A program made the position numbers and the translations under genes. A DNA stretch of 64,000 nucleotides, from positions 1 to 64,000 of the IMG/VR virus record IMGVR_UViG_3300035181_002093. One strand, written 5' to 3'. The notes under the pieces are model-generated. The model was not told where the DNA came from and made no database searches. It was given only the letters and a program-made list of their open reading frames with translations. Below are positions 8,948-17,895 of the stretch, piece by piece. The DNA is from an uncultured virus (IMG/VR IMGVR_UViG_3300035181_002093). Taxonomy: Duplodnaviria; Heunggongvirae; Uroviricota; Caudoviricetes. The stretch's first letter is position 1. Every line of letters starts with the position of its first letter.

Positions 8948-10349
8948 GACACACTTCGTACAACGAGCACGAGTGATGGTGGTCGCAGTTCATCATCGAA
9001 GGTTCCCCGTCTGGGATAGCCTTCCCGCACTCGTCGCACATCTCGAAAGCGGGGGCCTCGGGTTGCGCCGGAGGCTCCACCTCACGTGCCACATGCTCGA
9101 GGAGGAGGTCCAGCGGCTGAACGTTCCGACGCTTGGCCTCGGCATTCAGCGCCGACGTCAGCAGTTCCTTGAATGGCGCCGCCAGAAGCCGTCGTTCGAC
9201 GCCCACGATCTTGTCCGAGTCGATGAGCCGGCAGGCTGCTTTGGTCCCGCGGAACGCCACCACGGACATCGACGGTAGGAAGGGCGTGACTCGATCGAGG
9301 ACTGCCCACTCTGCCGGCGTCAGATCGGCTGGCGCAAAGCGTTCTTCGATCGTCCCTTCCATCCGGGCAGCCACCGTCGCTGCCGACAGCCCGCCCTTCT
9401 CGAGCAGCTCCTGCAGGGTGTTCGAGACCACCACAGGCTTGGCGCCCACGCTCTCGGCTTCCTTCGCGGCTGACATCGTGGTCACCGGCGAGGCGTCTGG
9501 GCCTTGCTCCTCCTCGAAACGTTCGCGCACGTGCTTCAGGAGCTTGGCGTCGGCGTGGTACTTCAGCTGTCGGACCTCGGCGGCATCGGCCTTCGCCATC
9601 TCGTAGACGCGAGGCGCGGCCAGCTCGGGCTTCTGCGAGCACGCCTCCTGCCACAGGTGGCCGAGCTTGTAGTGGAGAGACCATTCGTCAAGCGCGTTGC
9701 GATCGCGATCCAGCTCGAGAAACTTCATGTCATAGCCGCACGCGAGATCCTCGAACACCTTGACGAAGATGCCACGAGAGAACACCTGGCCCTTGCGGGC
9801 AGGTGCCAACAGCAGTGTGCCCGTCGACATCTCGAGGGTGTCAGCTGCCTTGGGCGGGTCGAGGAACAGGAACAACTTCTTCAGCTCGGTCCAGACCTCC
9901 GTGGGGATGTTGTCGATCTCGATCTTGAAGTCGGACTCTCGGATCGAGACCTTCCGGCTCTTGAACGTCAGCAGCTCCTGACCCTCGAACGGATGCCCGA
10001 CGTCTGGTTGCTCGAACGAGACGGTCCAGGACAGGTCCCCGTTGGTGAACTTGACGTCGTGACCCTTTCGCATGAGCGCGAGCACCCCCAAGACGAAGCC
10101 CTCGCCGTACTGTCCCCGCTTCTGCCCAGGGACCTTGTCGGACTTCCCTAGGATGAGCAGCTTGGCGGGATCGACGTAGATGTTAGCGTTGGAGATCACC
10201 AGCCGCGCCGAGCGCGGGAAGTGCTCGATCGTCATCTTGTAGCCGTCTTCGTCCGCGTCCTTGGTGTTCTGAAGCAGTTCGCGCACGCCCGCGAAAACGC
10301 CCCAGCCGCTGCAGTAGTTCTTGTCGATTCCGAGCGGGATCTTGGCCAT
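8919..10349 (-). CDS. GHKL (HATPase) family ATPase
   Basis: GVRELLQNTKDA (N-box), LLILGKSDK...RGQYGEGF (G-boxes). Confidence 0.75.
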   Translation of the reverse strand: MAKIPLGIDKNYCSGWGVFAGVRELLQNTKDADEDGYKMTIEHFPRSARLVISNANIYVDPAKLLILGKSDKVPGQKRGQYGEGFVLGVLALMRKGHDVKFTNGDLSWTVSFEQPDVGHPFEGQELLTFKSRKVSIRESDFKIEIDNIPTEVWTELKKLFLFLDPPKAADTLEMSTGTLLLAPARKGQVFSRGIFVKVFEDLACGYDMKFLELDRDRNALDEWSLHYKLGHLWQEACSQKPELAAPRVYEMAKADAAEVRQLKYHADAKLLKHVRERFEEEQGPDASPVTTMSAAKEAESVGAKPVVVSNTLQELLEKGGLSAATVAARMEGTIEERFAPADLTPAEWAVLDRVTPFLPSMSVVAFRGTKAACRLIDSDKIVGVERRLLAAPFKELLTSALNAEAKRRNVQPLDLLLEHVAREVEPPAQPEAPAFEMCDECGKAIPDGEPSMMNCDHHHSCSLYEVCHAPAETSPI

Positions 10350-10394
10350 GGTGGTTCTTTCGTTCGTAGGGTGATTGTGTGATAAACGTTGGGC

Positions 10395-10790
10395 GTGTGG
10401 AAACCACAGAGCAAGCTCAACTACGTGACGTTGAACCCCAAGGGTCAAGTCATCGTGGTTGCCTGCCCGATGCTCAGGTCAAACGACGTACTTCGTGAAC
10501 GCTGGTCCGAACGGGCAGCAGTAGCGATCGGCGACTCGAGCAGTTACTTGCGTGACATCGTGCGAGACATCCTCGCCAACCCACAGATTCGCGCCATCGT
10601 GTTCGATGGACCCGCATGTGGGCGTGAGGGTTATGACAAGTTCTGGCGTGGGACAGAAGACCCAGGCTGGCGCATCGACAAGGAACACCTCGACCTGATA
10701 CGCCAGTTCGTAGACCTGTTTGACGACGACTTTGGATGGCGTGTGCCGCCACAGCCGTTCTGGCCTGTGCGGGTCATGTACCTAGAATGA
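10395..10790 (+). CDS. Hypothetical protein with an MtrA-like domain (as at the N-terminus of some thymidylate-synthase-like proteins)
   Basis: IVRDILANPQIRAIVFDG and IDKEHLDLIRQFVDL resemble the MtrA-type NPxIR and RxxVELVD segments; start is GTG 10395 or TTG 10389. Confidence 0.5.
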   Translation: MWKPQSKLNYVTLNPKGQVIVVACPMLRSNDVLRERWSERAAVAIGDSSSYLRDIVRDILANPQIRAIVFDGPACGREGYDKFWRGTEDPGWRIDKEHLDLIRQFVDLFDDDFGWRVPPQPFWPVRVMYLE

Positions 10791-11443
10791 AGTCCTTCAC
10801 CATCTACGGGCTTGCGCATCCGCTTACAAAGCGCATTCGTTATATTGGAAAGACGACATCCGTACCATCACGCCGAAACAATCACTTGTACAAGGCCCGA
10901 TCGGGACGCAACAAGACGCGCGTTGGTGATTGGATACGCGGTCTTCTGGTTAGAGGGCTTCAGCCGGTGGTGATAGTTTTGTGCGTTGGTACCATTGATT
11001 GGCAGAAAATGGAGAGAGCTTGGATCAAACGGCTTCGGCGACGTGGTTGTCGTTTGCTGAATTCGAGCGACGGTGGAAACGGTGCACATACACGGACAAC
11101 CCTCCCTGCGAAATTAGTTCGATTACTCGGCCAAATATCCGACGCGCGCATTGCTGAACAATGCAGTCTGACACGTGAGGCTATTCGGTATCACCGCGTA
11201 CGTCTTGGCATACGTGCATCTTATGACCCGTCACGTAAAGGGCGCCCGTTAGGCGGTGTGCCTTGGAACAAGACGTCCATTTCAGCAAAGGAATTACGTC
11301 GGCTGGGGATACAAAGCGACTATTCGCTCGCGAAGGAATGGGGCCTTACTAAAGTAGCTGTACGTGCCCGGCGCGTACGTCTAAACATCCCGGCGTGTCC
11401 TAATCGCCGGTTACATCGGAACAAGGAGACTGTATGCGTCTGA
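10787..11443 (+). CDS. GIY-YIG homing endonuclease with repeated C-terminal HTH-like units
   Basis: TIYGL...IRYIGKT...R..H, ERAWI, LLN..DGG; two LGxxSDxxLA...RxRLxI repeats; AT-richer. Confidence 0.85.
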   Translation: MKSFTIYGLAHPLTKRIRYIGKTTSVPSRRNNHLYKARSGRNKTRVGDWIRGLLVRGLQPVVIVLCVGTIDWQKMERAWIKRLRRRGCRLLNSSDGGNGAHTRTTLPAKLVRLLGQISDARIAEQCSLTREAIRYHRVRLGIRASYDPSRKGRPLGGVPWNKTSISAKELRRLGIQSDYSLAKEWGLTKVAVRARRVRLNIPACPNRRLHRNKETVCV

Positions 11444-12114
11444 TTGGTTTATGCGGCAAAGCACACTCGGGTAAGGACACCGTCGGACAGATGCTCGTCG
11501 AGCACAACTCGAAGGGAGCGACGTTCGCATTCGCCGACAAGCTCAAGGAGGTCTGCATGGACCTCTTCGGACTCACCCACGACGACTGCTACACCGAGGA
11601 GGGTAAGGCGAAGGTGACCGACCTGCCGCTCTTCAAGTGTCCCGCGTGCGGCTCGATCAACTGCATGCTCGTCGCAACGTCACAGGTCCTCTGCAACGGC
11701 TGCACGGCGGTGGGTGCGCCAGCCGCGTTCGCGTCGTTCTGGACGAACCGCATGATCCTGCAGTTCATCGGCACCGAAGGCGTTCGCCGCGTCGACAAGG
11801 ACGCGTGGGTGAAGCACGCGATCAAGCGTGCGAGCGCGATGCTCGATGGCCAGAAGCTCTTCATCGCCATCACCGACTGCCGATTCAAGTCCGAGATGGT
11901 GGCGATCAAGAAAGCCGGAGGCGAGATCTGGCGCATCCGCCGTCCCTCGACCGACAACAGTACACAAGGCTTCGCAGGACACGCATCCGAGACGGAGATG
12001 GATGCCATCCCGGACAGCGAGTTCAGCTACGTCATCAACAACAACGCGTCGCTCGAGGTGCTGCGTGCCAAGGCCGTCGAGGGCCTCGGCGAGTTCCTCC
12101 GCGCGCGTGCCTAG
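11434..12114 (+). CDS. Deoxynucleoside monophosphate kinase (T4 gp1-like) with Zn-ribbon insertion
   Basis: IGLCGKAHSGKDT, FADKLKE, RMILQFIGTE..R, ITDCRFKSE, HASE. Confidence 0.9.
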   Translation: MRLIGLCGKAHSGKDTVGQMLVEHNSKGATFAFADKLKEVCMDLFGLTHDDCYTEEGKAKVTDLPLFKCPACGSINCMLVATSQVLCNGCTAVGAPAAFASFWTNRMILQFIGTEGVRRVDKDAWVKHAIKRASAMLDGQKLFIAITDCRFKSEMVAIKKAGGEIWRIRRPSTDNSTQGFAGHASETEMDAIPDSEFSYVINNNASLEVLRAKAVEGLGEFLRARA

Positions 12115-12362
12115 GCTTCGGCAGCAGCGCCGTCGCCGTCGCACAGGCGCAGGATGTTGACCTGATGCTTGTAGCGGTCGGCAGCGGCCTGCATCGCCTT
12201 GCTGCGTGCGAGGCGCCCGTCGCTGTAGCCCTGGTCGTACGCTGCCGCGATCTTCAGGTCGTGGTGGCTGGTGATCAGCCCATCCATCGCACGCATCGCA
12301 GCGCCGGCGCTCCAGCCCTTCTGGTAGGCCAAGTACTGGTTCGCCGCGTCAGCGGTTGGCAT
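12111..12362 (-). CDS. Hypothetical protein
   Basis: 83 aa; AYQKGW and AYDQGYSDG motifs. Confidence 0.6.
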   Translation of the reverse strand: MPTADAANQYLAYQKGWSAGAAMRAMDGLITSHHDLKIAAAYDQGYSDGRLARSKAMQAAADRYKHQVNILRLCDGDGAAAEA

Positions 12363-12654
12363 CGTAGTACTTCCTCGCCTCGGCAGCGATGCGGTCGAAC
12401 ATGGCCTTGCCGCCGTACTTCTCGGGGAGGCTCTCGCGGTAGTTGATGGTCACGAGCGCGAGTGCGAACACGCACTGTTCGGGCGTGAACCCTCGGTCGC
12501 CCCACAGCTCGCCCAGGTAGCGGATGATCTCTTCCGCGTTGCCCGCTGCCTCGAGCGAATGCTCGTTCATCGCGCCCGCTGCGATCGTCTGCCGGGCCTT
12601 CTCGACGTTCGCAGGCGACTTCGAGACGTTCCGGGCGAATTCTTCTTCACTCAT
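12349..12654 (-). CDS. Hypothetical protein
   Basis: ATGA-coupled start MSEEEFARN. Confidence 0.65.
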   Translation of the reverse strand: MSEEEFARNVSKSPANVEKARQTIAAGAMNEHSLEAAGNAEEIIRYLGELWGDRGFTPEQCVFALALVTINYRESLPEKYGGKAMFDRIAAEARKYYDANR

Positions 12655-12902
12655 CGCTTCACCTTGGTCGCGGGCTTGGCCCGGAACTGCAAGCAGCCCC
12701 GCACGATCTCTGAACCGACGACGATGGCCGGCTTGGCCAGCTCGCCGGGCTCTGCGCGCGCCACGCCAGGCGGGAAGATCTGACCCTTCTGTTCGGCGGC
12801 CGGATAGACCGACTGCACGGCGCAACGACCGTGACGGCCTTCTTTGGCACCGCGGATGATGGGGTCGTAGTTCTGACAGTCTTTGCAGGGTTTGTCGGCC
12901 AC
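12651..12902 (-). CDS. Small Cys-containing protein
   Basis: GTG start with AGGAG SD; CKDC...GRC...GC. Confidence 0.65.
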   Translation of the reverse strand: MADKPCKDCQNYDPIIRGAKEGRHGRCAVQSVYPAAEQKGQIFPPGVARAEPGELAKPAIVVGSEIVRGCLQFRAKPATKVKR

Positions 12903-12911
12903 AGAAGTCTC

Positions 12912-13415
12912 CTAGCTGGCGGTCATCATGACCGTGATGCCATAGCGGTGCAAGGTTGGTGCTGCGTAGGGAGAGCGGAGGATGCGTGCAAGCACCAACA
13001 CGCCCTGGTCGAGCGGTTTCTGTACGAACCAGAAACAGGATGTCGCGTTCTTGAGCGTCGAGGCCACTTCGTCTTCCGTCGGAACGTTGAACATGCGGTC
13101 CTTGCAACGAACGCCGATTCCTGTCGCAGTCAACATGGTGCTGACATCGCGTACAGAGAACAGGTCCGCAGTACAGTCCGCCAAAGCATCGAGTGCATCA
13201 CTCGCCGTCTGTACACGCGTTGACGTTACGTCGAAGCACACGTGCGTGAACCGCAGTACCTGCTTGTTGGGGATGGCGAGGTCTGCGTCTCGGTCGACCT
13301 CATCTAGGTTGATCCGCTTGCGTGTTGATGACGGGGGTGTCAGGCGTGGTGCGGGCCTTAGGGGTTCGACTGTGCGCCACGGATCTACGATCCCCTTCGG
13401 CTTCTTGTCGCTCAC
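12912..13415 (-). CDS. Hypothetical protein
   Basis: GTGA overlap with the upstream stop. Confidence 0.6.
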   Translation of the reverse strand: MSDKKPKGIVDPWRTVEPLRPAPRLTPPSSTRKRINLDEVDRDADLAIPNKQVLRFTHVCFDVTSTRVQTASDALDALADCTADLFSVRDVSTMLTATGIGVRCKDRMFNVPTEDEVASTLKNATSCFWFVQKPLDQGVLVLARILRSPYAAPTLHRYGITVMMTAS

Positions 13416-13639
13416 GCCACCACCAGAACACGTCCATCCAAACACGGGTCCACACACGACGCGTGAACGAACTCGAACTCGCCCGACATGTGGATCCCCA
13501 TCTCCTGCGTCTGAGGATCCCGCGCGTTGGGGTTGAAGATGATGTGTGCCGGCAGGACGCGATCGCCAGCTTTGAACTTCTTGCGGCAACGCGCACACGT
13601 CGTGTGGGGAACCCGCTGCTTGAGGATGTCGAAGTCCAT
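13412..13639 (-). CDS. Small Zn-finger-like protein
   Basis: CARC...HASC; TGATG coupling to RNase HII. Confidence 0.65.
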   Translation of the reverse strand: MDFDILKQRVPHTTCARCRKKFKAGDRVLPAHIIFNPNARDPQTQEMGIHMSGEFEFVHASCVDPCLDGRVLVVA

Positions 13640-14307
13640 CAGTCCTCGATCCCTTCAGAACGAGGCATCACCGCACGCACGGGACGGTAGGATTTGCGAT
13701 GTGCGACGGTCGGGCCGCGCTTGACCAAGAGCGCCTTGTGCTCGCGTGTTGGGTACCCGCGGCTCTTGTCGAAACCCCAGTTGGGGTACTCCTTGTGTAG
13801 CTCGTCGATCCGCTTGTCATGCGTTGCCTTCGCGACGATCGATGCCGCGCCGATGTGCCAGTCGAGCTTGTCGCCGTTGGGGATGCACTTGACCTGACAT
13901 GGGAGGTCAGGGCGTTCGAGGTCCCCGTCGATCAAGACCAGAAAGTCATCTGGCTCGAGCGAAGGGTCGAGCGTCTTCAGGCGCTCGAGACACCGCGAGG
14001 CCGCCAGCTTGATCGCCTCGGGGAAGACGGACCCCAAGAGCCGCGCGTCGATCTCGGCGGACGTCTTCTCGATGATGGTCACGGCGGAACAGGTCGCCTG
14101 CACCGCAATCGAGAGTGCCGCCCGGTGTGCGGGGTTCTTGATGCCCTTCGAGTCTCCTGCCACCAAGGTCTTGTCGTCGTACACACCCTTCCACATCGAT
14201 GTGACACGTTCGGCGTCGACAGGGAATGCCACTGCGACGACGACCAACGGTCCGATCAGAGCGCCGCACCCGGATTCATCCACACCCACCACGTACTTGT
14301 GCGTCAT
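13639..14307 (-). CDS. rnhB: Ribonuclease HII
   Basis: VGVDESGCGALIGP, DSK, LIDG, GD...IGAASIVAK..HD, GYPT..H, HRKSY. Confidence 0.92.
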   Translation of the reverse strand: MTHKYVVGVDESGCGALIGPLVVVAVAFPVDAERVTSMWKGVYDDKTLVAGDSKGIKNPAHRAALSIAVQATCSAVTIIEKTSAEIDARLLGSVFPEAIKLAASRCLERLKTLDPSLEPDDFLVLIDGDLERPDLPCQVKCIPNGDKLDWHIGAASIVAKATHDKRIDELHKEYPNWGFDKSRGYPTREHKALLVKRGPTVAHRKSYRPVRAVMPRSEGIED

Positions 14308-14396
14308 GCGACCGCCTTGATGCGAGGCTGTTTCTTGTTGAGAGATACGCGCCGCCCACACGAAGTACAACTCGCCGATTTGCCCTTCCCAGTCAC
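14304..14396 (-). CDS. Possible 30-aa peptide MTGKGKSASCTSCGRRVSLNKKQPRIKAVA
   Basis: GTG 14396; stop overlaps the rnhB ATG (ATGA); CxxC. Confidence 0.35.
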   Translation of the reverse strand: MTGKGKSASCTSCGRRVSLNKKQPRIKAVA

Positions 14397-14449
14397 GCGC
14401 CACCCACAAGGGCACACGACGACCTTTGTGCCTTTGGGGCGGCCCGCCT

Positions 14450-14656
14450 TCATGCGCCGATGGTCCAGCTGGTCTTGAGGAACTTGGCCAGCTTGTGCAG
14501 GTGGCGCCAGTTCAGAAGGCTCCGCCCTTGTTCGATGGCGGTGTACTGCGCGCGACTGAGCTGGATACCCGCGGCGACCTCCGCCTGCGTCAAGTTCTTT
14601 GACAGGCGTTTGTCTTTGAGTTCCTTCAGCAGCGATACGTAAGGGTCACGACTCAT
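14450..14656 (-). CDS. XRE-family HTH regulator
   Basis: LKDKRLSKNLTQAEVAAGIQLSRAQYTAIEQG. Confidence 0.85.
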   Translation of the reverse strand: MSRDPYVSLLKELKDKRLSKNLTQAEVAAGIQLSRAQYTAIEQGRSLLNWRHLHKLAKFLKTSWTIGA

Positions 14657-14696
14657 GGCGACGGAATGATAGGTCTTATGGGTTTATTACGCAAAC

Positions 14697-16820
14697 TCAC
14701 GCGGCGGGCGTGCGCCGGAAGTGCGCGACGAACCGCGGGATGAAGCGCTCGCATACTTTCATGTCCGACGTGATCGCAGCGTTCGACCACGGCAATGCAC
14801 GTCGAACAGCGCCTCCGTAGGTCTTGTCCCAGATGCGGCTGTCGAGAATGGCGACGCATCCGCGGTCGTCTTTGCTACGAATCAGGCGCCCCACGCCTTG
14901 GCGCAAGTCGATCAACATGTCGACCATCTGGACGTCACGGAAGGCGTCCTTGCCTGCCAGACGTTCTCGCGCCTTGATGATGGGGTCGTTGAACTGCGGG
15001 AACGGGAGCTTCGCCATGATGACGAGTCGCAACGCGCCGCCAGGCACATCCACGCCTTCCCAGAAGGACTTCGAACCCACCAGGATCGAATCGGGTGTCG
15101 CCTTGAACAACTTGAGCGCAGCGTTCGGATCGCCGTCCCACGGGTTCTTGCGATGCCCCTGCACGAACGTCCGTCCGGGGAAGCGTTGCTTGAGCGCGAC
15201 AGCGAACGCATCGAGTTCATCGTTCGCGGTGGTCAAGATGAACGCGCCACCGTCGGACAGCTCGACGAGCTTGACTGCCATGTCGACACGGCGCTGCATG
15301 ACGACGGCGTAGTCAGGGTTGTTCCGTCCGATCGCAGGCAGCTCGCGAGGCACGAACACGAAGCCCTGCGCGTCGTAGTTGAACGACGTCGGGAGCACCT
15401 CCGCCTTTGCCGGCGACAAGCCTGTCATGCTGGTCACGTGGTCGAAGGCGTCGTTGACCGCCAGCGTCGCGCTGCAGACCACGATCGTCTTGATGGCGCT
15501 GAAGTACTTGCCCGCAATACCGCCCACGCTCACCGGCGCACAGTTGATGCCGAATCGACCACGGTCATCCTGCGTCGCGTAGATCGCGGTGTTCGCGAGG
15601 ATGCGTTCCCGGCGCATCGCCTGCTCTTCGGGATTGGTGACCTCGAGGTCTGGGTCGACGACACCTTGGGCCGTCTGTAGGCCGCGTAGCAACGAATCGA
15701 CACGCCGCGTGGCTTGCGCGAGGAACGCGAGGTCGCGGGCGTTGCCTTCTTCCTTTCGCACCGCCTCGTGTGCCAGGTCGACTTCGATGCCGCGCATCTC
15801 TTCGTCGAACTCCGACAGCCCATCGTCGATCGGCGCGTACTCGCGCGGTTCTTCGGACTCGTCTTCCTTGGAGAACACCTCGGTGGACTTGGCCAGCTCG
15901 ACCGCCAAGGCGCGCAGCCCGTCGATGGCGGCGAGCGCGAGCACGGGTTGGAAGACCGGGATCTCCTTGGCGTTGGCCTCTTGGTAGTGCCGGTTGGGCA
16001 CCGCCTCGAACATCGCCTTCCAAGGCTCGAGCAGCTTGCCGATCGAAGGGAACGTGCTGCTCGTACGCTTGAGCAAGTCGTTCAGCGCGGTGATCGAATC
16101 TTCGCTCACCCGGTGCGTGAACGCCGAGCGGATCCCTGCCGCGAGCGTGTGCGCCTCGTCGATGATGAGGACGTCGTACGGCCCGCCCACCAGCTTGCCG
16201 TGACCGAAGTACATCTCGGCCCCCAACACGTGGTGGTTGATCACGATGAGCTTGGACTGGGAGACGTCCCGCTTGAGACGGACGTAGCCGCAGTTGTCGA
16301 AGTAGTCGCAGCGCTTGCCAACACAGTCTTCGGCGGACGCAGAGCCCCACCATCGCGGGGGCATTCCAGGGTACTCGGCCCGATCGCCGTAGAGGTTACG
16401 CCGGAGGAAGTCCATGTACGGCGCGCCGTCGTCGGGGTTCTTGGCGAGGATCGTCATCGCGGACAACTCGCAGGCGTAGTTGCCCTTCCCCTTCAAGGGG
16501 ATCGCGGTCGCGGAGGGCTGGTTCAGCACACGCTTCAACGTCGGGAAGTCTTTGCCGACGATCTGGTCCTGAAGCCCTTTTTTGGCCGTTGCCACCACGA
16601 CCCGACGCCCCGCAGCCAGAAGCGCCGGCAGGAGGTACGCATAGGTCTTGCCGGTGGCCACCGGGGCCTCGCAGAAGTAGGCTCCCCCGTCTCGAAGAAC
16701 CTCCTCGATGGAGTTCGCCATGATGATCTGGGGAGGCCGCGCTTCACGCACCAAGCCGTGCGCGGGATCGGTCAAGTAGTCGGTTACCGTGCGCATGCTG
16801 GGTGAGTCTGCCTTGCTCAT
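14697..16820 (-). CDS. dinG: DinG/YoaA-family Fe-S helicase
   Basis: EAPVATGKTYAYL, LKGKGNYAC, Cys cluster, IIDEAH, SATL, FWEGVDVPG, KLPFP, QGVGRLIRS..DRG. Confidence 0.9.
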   Translation of the reverse strand: MSKADSPSMRTVTDYLTDPAHGLVREARPPQIIMANSIEEVLRDGGAYFCEAPVATGKTYAYLLPALLAAGRRVVVATAKKGLQDQIVGKDFPTLKRVLNQPSATAIPLKGKGNYACELSAMTILAKNPDDGAPYMDFLRRNLYGDRAEYPGMPPRWWGSASAEDCVGKRCDYFDNCGYVRLKRDVSQSKLIVINHHVLGAEMYFGHGKLVGGPYDVLIIDEAHTLAAGIRSAFTHRVSEDSITALNDLLKRTSSTFPSIGKLLEPWKAMFEAVPNRHYQEANAKEIPVFQPVLALAAIDGLRALAVELAKSTEVFSKEDESEEPREYAPIDDGLSEFDEEMRGIEVDLAHEAVRKEEGNARDLAFLAQATRRVDSLLRGLQTAQGVVDPDLEVTNPEEQAMRRERILANTAIYATQDDRGRFGINCAPVSVGGIAGKYFSAIKTIVVCSATLAVNDAFDHVTSMTGLSPAKAEVLPTSFNYDAQGFVFVPRELPAIGRNNPDYAVVMQRRVDMAVKLVELSDGGAFILTTANDELDAFAVALKQRFPGRTFVQGHRKNPWDGDPNAALKLFKATPDSILVGSKSFWEGVDVPGGALRLVIMAKLPFPQFNDPIIKARERLAGKDAFRDVQMVDMLIDLRQGVGRLIRSKDDRGCVAILDSRIWDKTYGGAVRRALPWSNAAITSDMKVCERFIPRFVAHFRRTPAA

Positions 16821-16878
16821 GGGATAAACATCAAGACGATAGGTTGCTTTCCTAGTCCGTTCCTTGTACCAAGATTCC

Positions 16879-17481
16879 ATGCCAACTACGGATGACGCTC
16901 GCATCGGTGACTTCTCGCGCCCCGTGGTCGATCTGCCCAAGGCAGGCACCTCTCCGACCAAGGACGCGCTCGACCACGCCGAGCAAAAGCTCGAGGAGGC
17001 CGTCCAGCAAGACGAGGCGACCCTCAAGCCGATGGTCTCCTACGAAGAGCGTCTCAAGGAGATCGGCGTCACCAAGGTCAAGGCTGCCGAGATCATCGAC
17101 GCCGTCCTTCTCAAGGGCTACTACGCTGAGGACGTCGCGATCACGAAGTCCATCAAGGCCCGCTTTCGCACGCGCAACTCGCGCGACACGAAGCGCGCCC
17201 AAGAGCAGATCGAAGCCCAGCGCCTGACGTACGAGGTGCACTACAGCGAGCTGCTGGCACGCTTGCTGTTGGCGGCGTCGCTCGAGCGCTTCGCCGACGA
17301 CGCGTTCACTCACCTGCCCCGGGGCAGCAAGCACGACGCCATCGAAAAGTCCTTCTTCGACCGCTTGAGCTACGTCGAGAACCTGTCGGATCCGGCGATG
17401 CGGCTGCTCATCACCAAGCTCACCAAGTTCGACCGTATGATCAGCACCGTCCTCGAGGAGGGCGCCATCGAAAATTTCTAG
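16879..17481 (+). CDS. Tail assembly chaperone (G-like)
   Basis: Lies just upstream of the tape measure gene; ends ...IENF* over a slippery heptamer. Confidence 0.6.
   Translation: MPTTDDARIGDFSRPVVDLPKAGTSPTKDALDHAEQKLEEAVQQDEATLKPMVSYEERLKEIGVTKVKAAEIIDAVLLKGYYAEDVAITKSIKARFRTRNSRDTKRAQEQIEAQRLTYEVHYSELLARLLLAASLERFADDAFTHLPRGSKHDAIEKSFFDRLSYVENLSDPAMRLLITKLTKFDRMISTVLEEGAIENF
17472..17478 (+). other. Programmed -1 ribosomal frameshift heptamer A AAT TTC
   Basis: X XXY YYZ in frame immediately before TAG 17479; the -1 frame is open to 17867. Confidence 0.7.
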
Positions 17482-17867
17482 GTCGCCCGGGAGGCAACGC
17501 ACGCGCGGTGTTGTTCTCGCGCGGCATGCATCTGGCGCCCTACGGTTCTATTGAGGATCGCGTGATGCGCGAGATGGTCTTCCGGGAGCGCCAGGAGCGC
17601 GTGTCTCATGTCGATGCGATCGCCAAAATGATCGCGCGCGTGTTCAATGTGGATGCTGGAAAAGCGTTCGGCGGGATCGTTGCGGAGTACGCAGCCGAGG
17701 TCTTCCAAGAGACGTACGACCCCGAAGTCCTCAAGCGAAAGGTCGCGCGGCGCCGTGCTGCCCAAGCAGAGATCGTCGCGAAGCGTGAGCATGACGAGCG
17801 GCTGATCGAGCGGCTGAACCGGATGGGTGAGTTCTACGATCGCCAAAACCCGAAGAATGCCAAGTAA
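17472..17867 (+). CDS. Tail assembly chaperone frameshift extension (GT-like C-terminus)
   Basis: -1 frame reads LGRPGGNARAVLFSRG..., continuous with track ORF 17508-17867. Confidence 0.6.
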   Translation, partial: KFLGRPGGNARAVLFSRGMHLAPYGSIEDRVMREMVFRERQERVSHVDAIAKMIARVFNVDAGKAFGGIVAEYAAEVFQETYDPEVLKRKVARRRAAQAEIVAKREHDERLIERLNRMGEFYDRQNPKNAK

Positions 17868-17895
17868 CTGCTGGAATACGCTACAATAACCCCAA

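Noticed and set aside
14697..16820. DinG as a type IV CRISPR component
   Set aside because: No Csf/Cas7-like genes or array nearby
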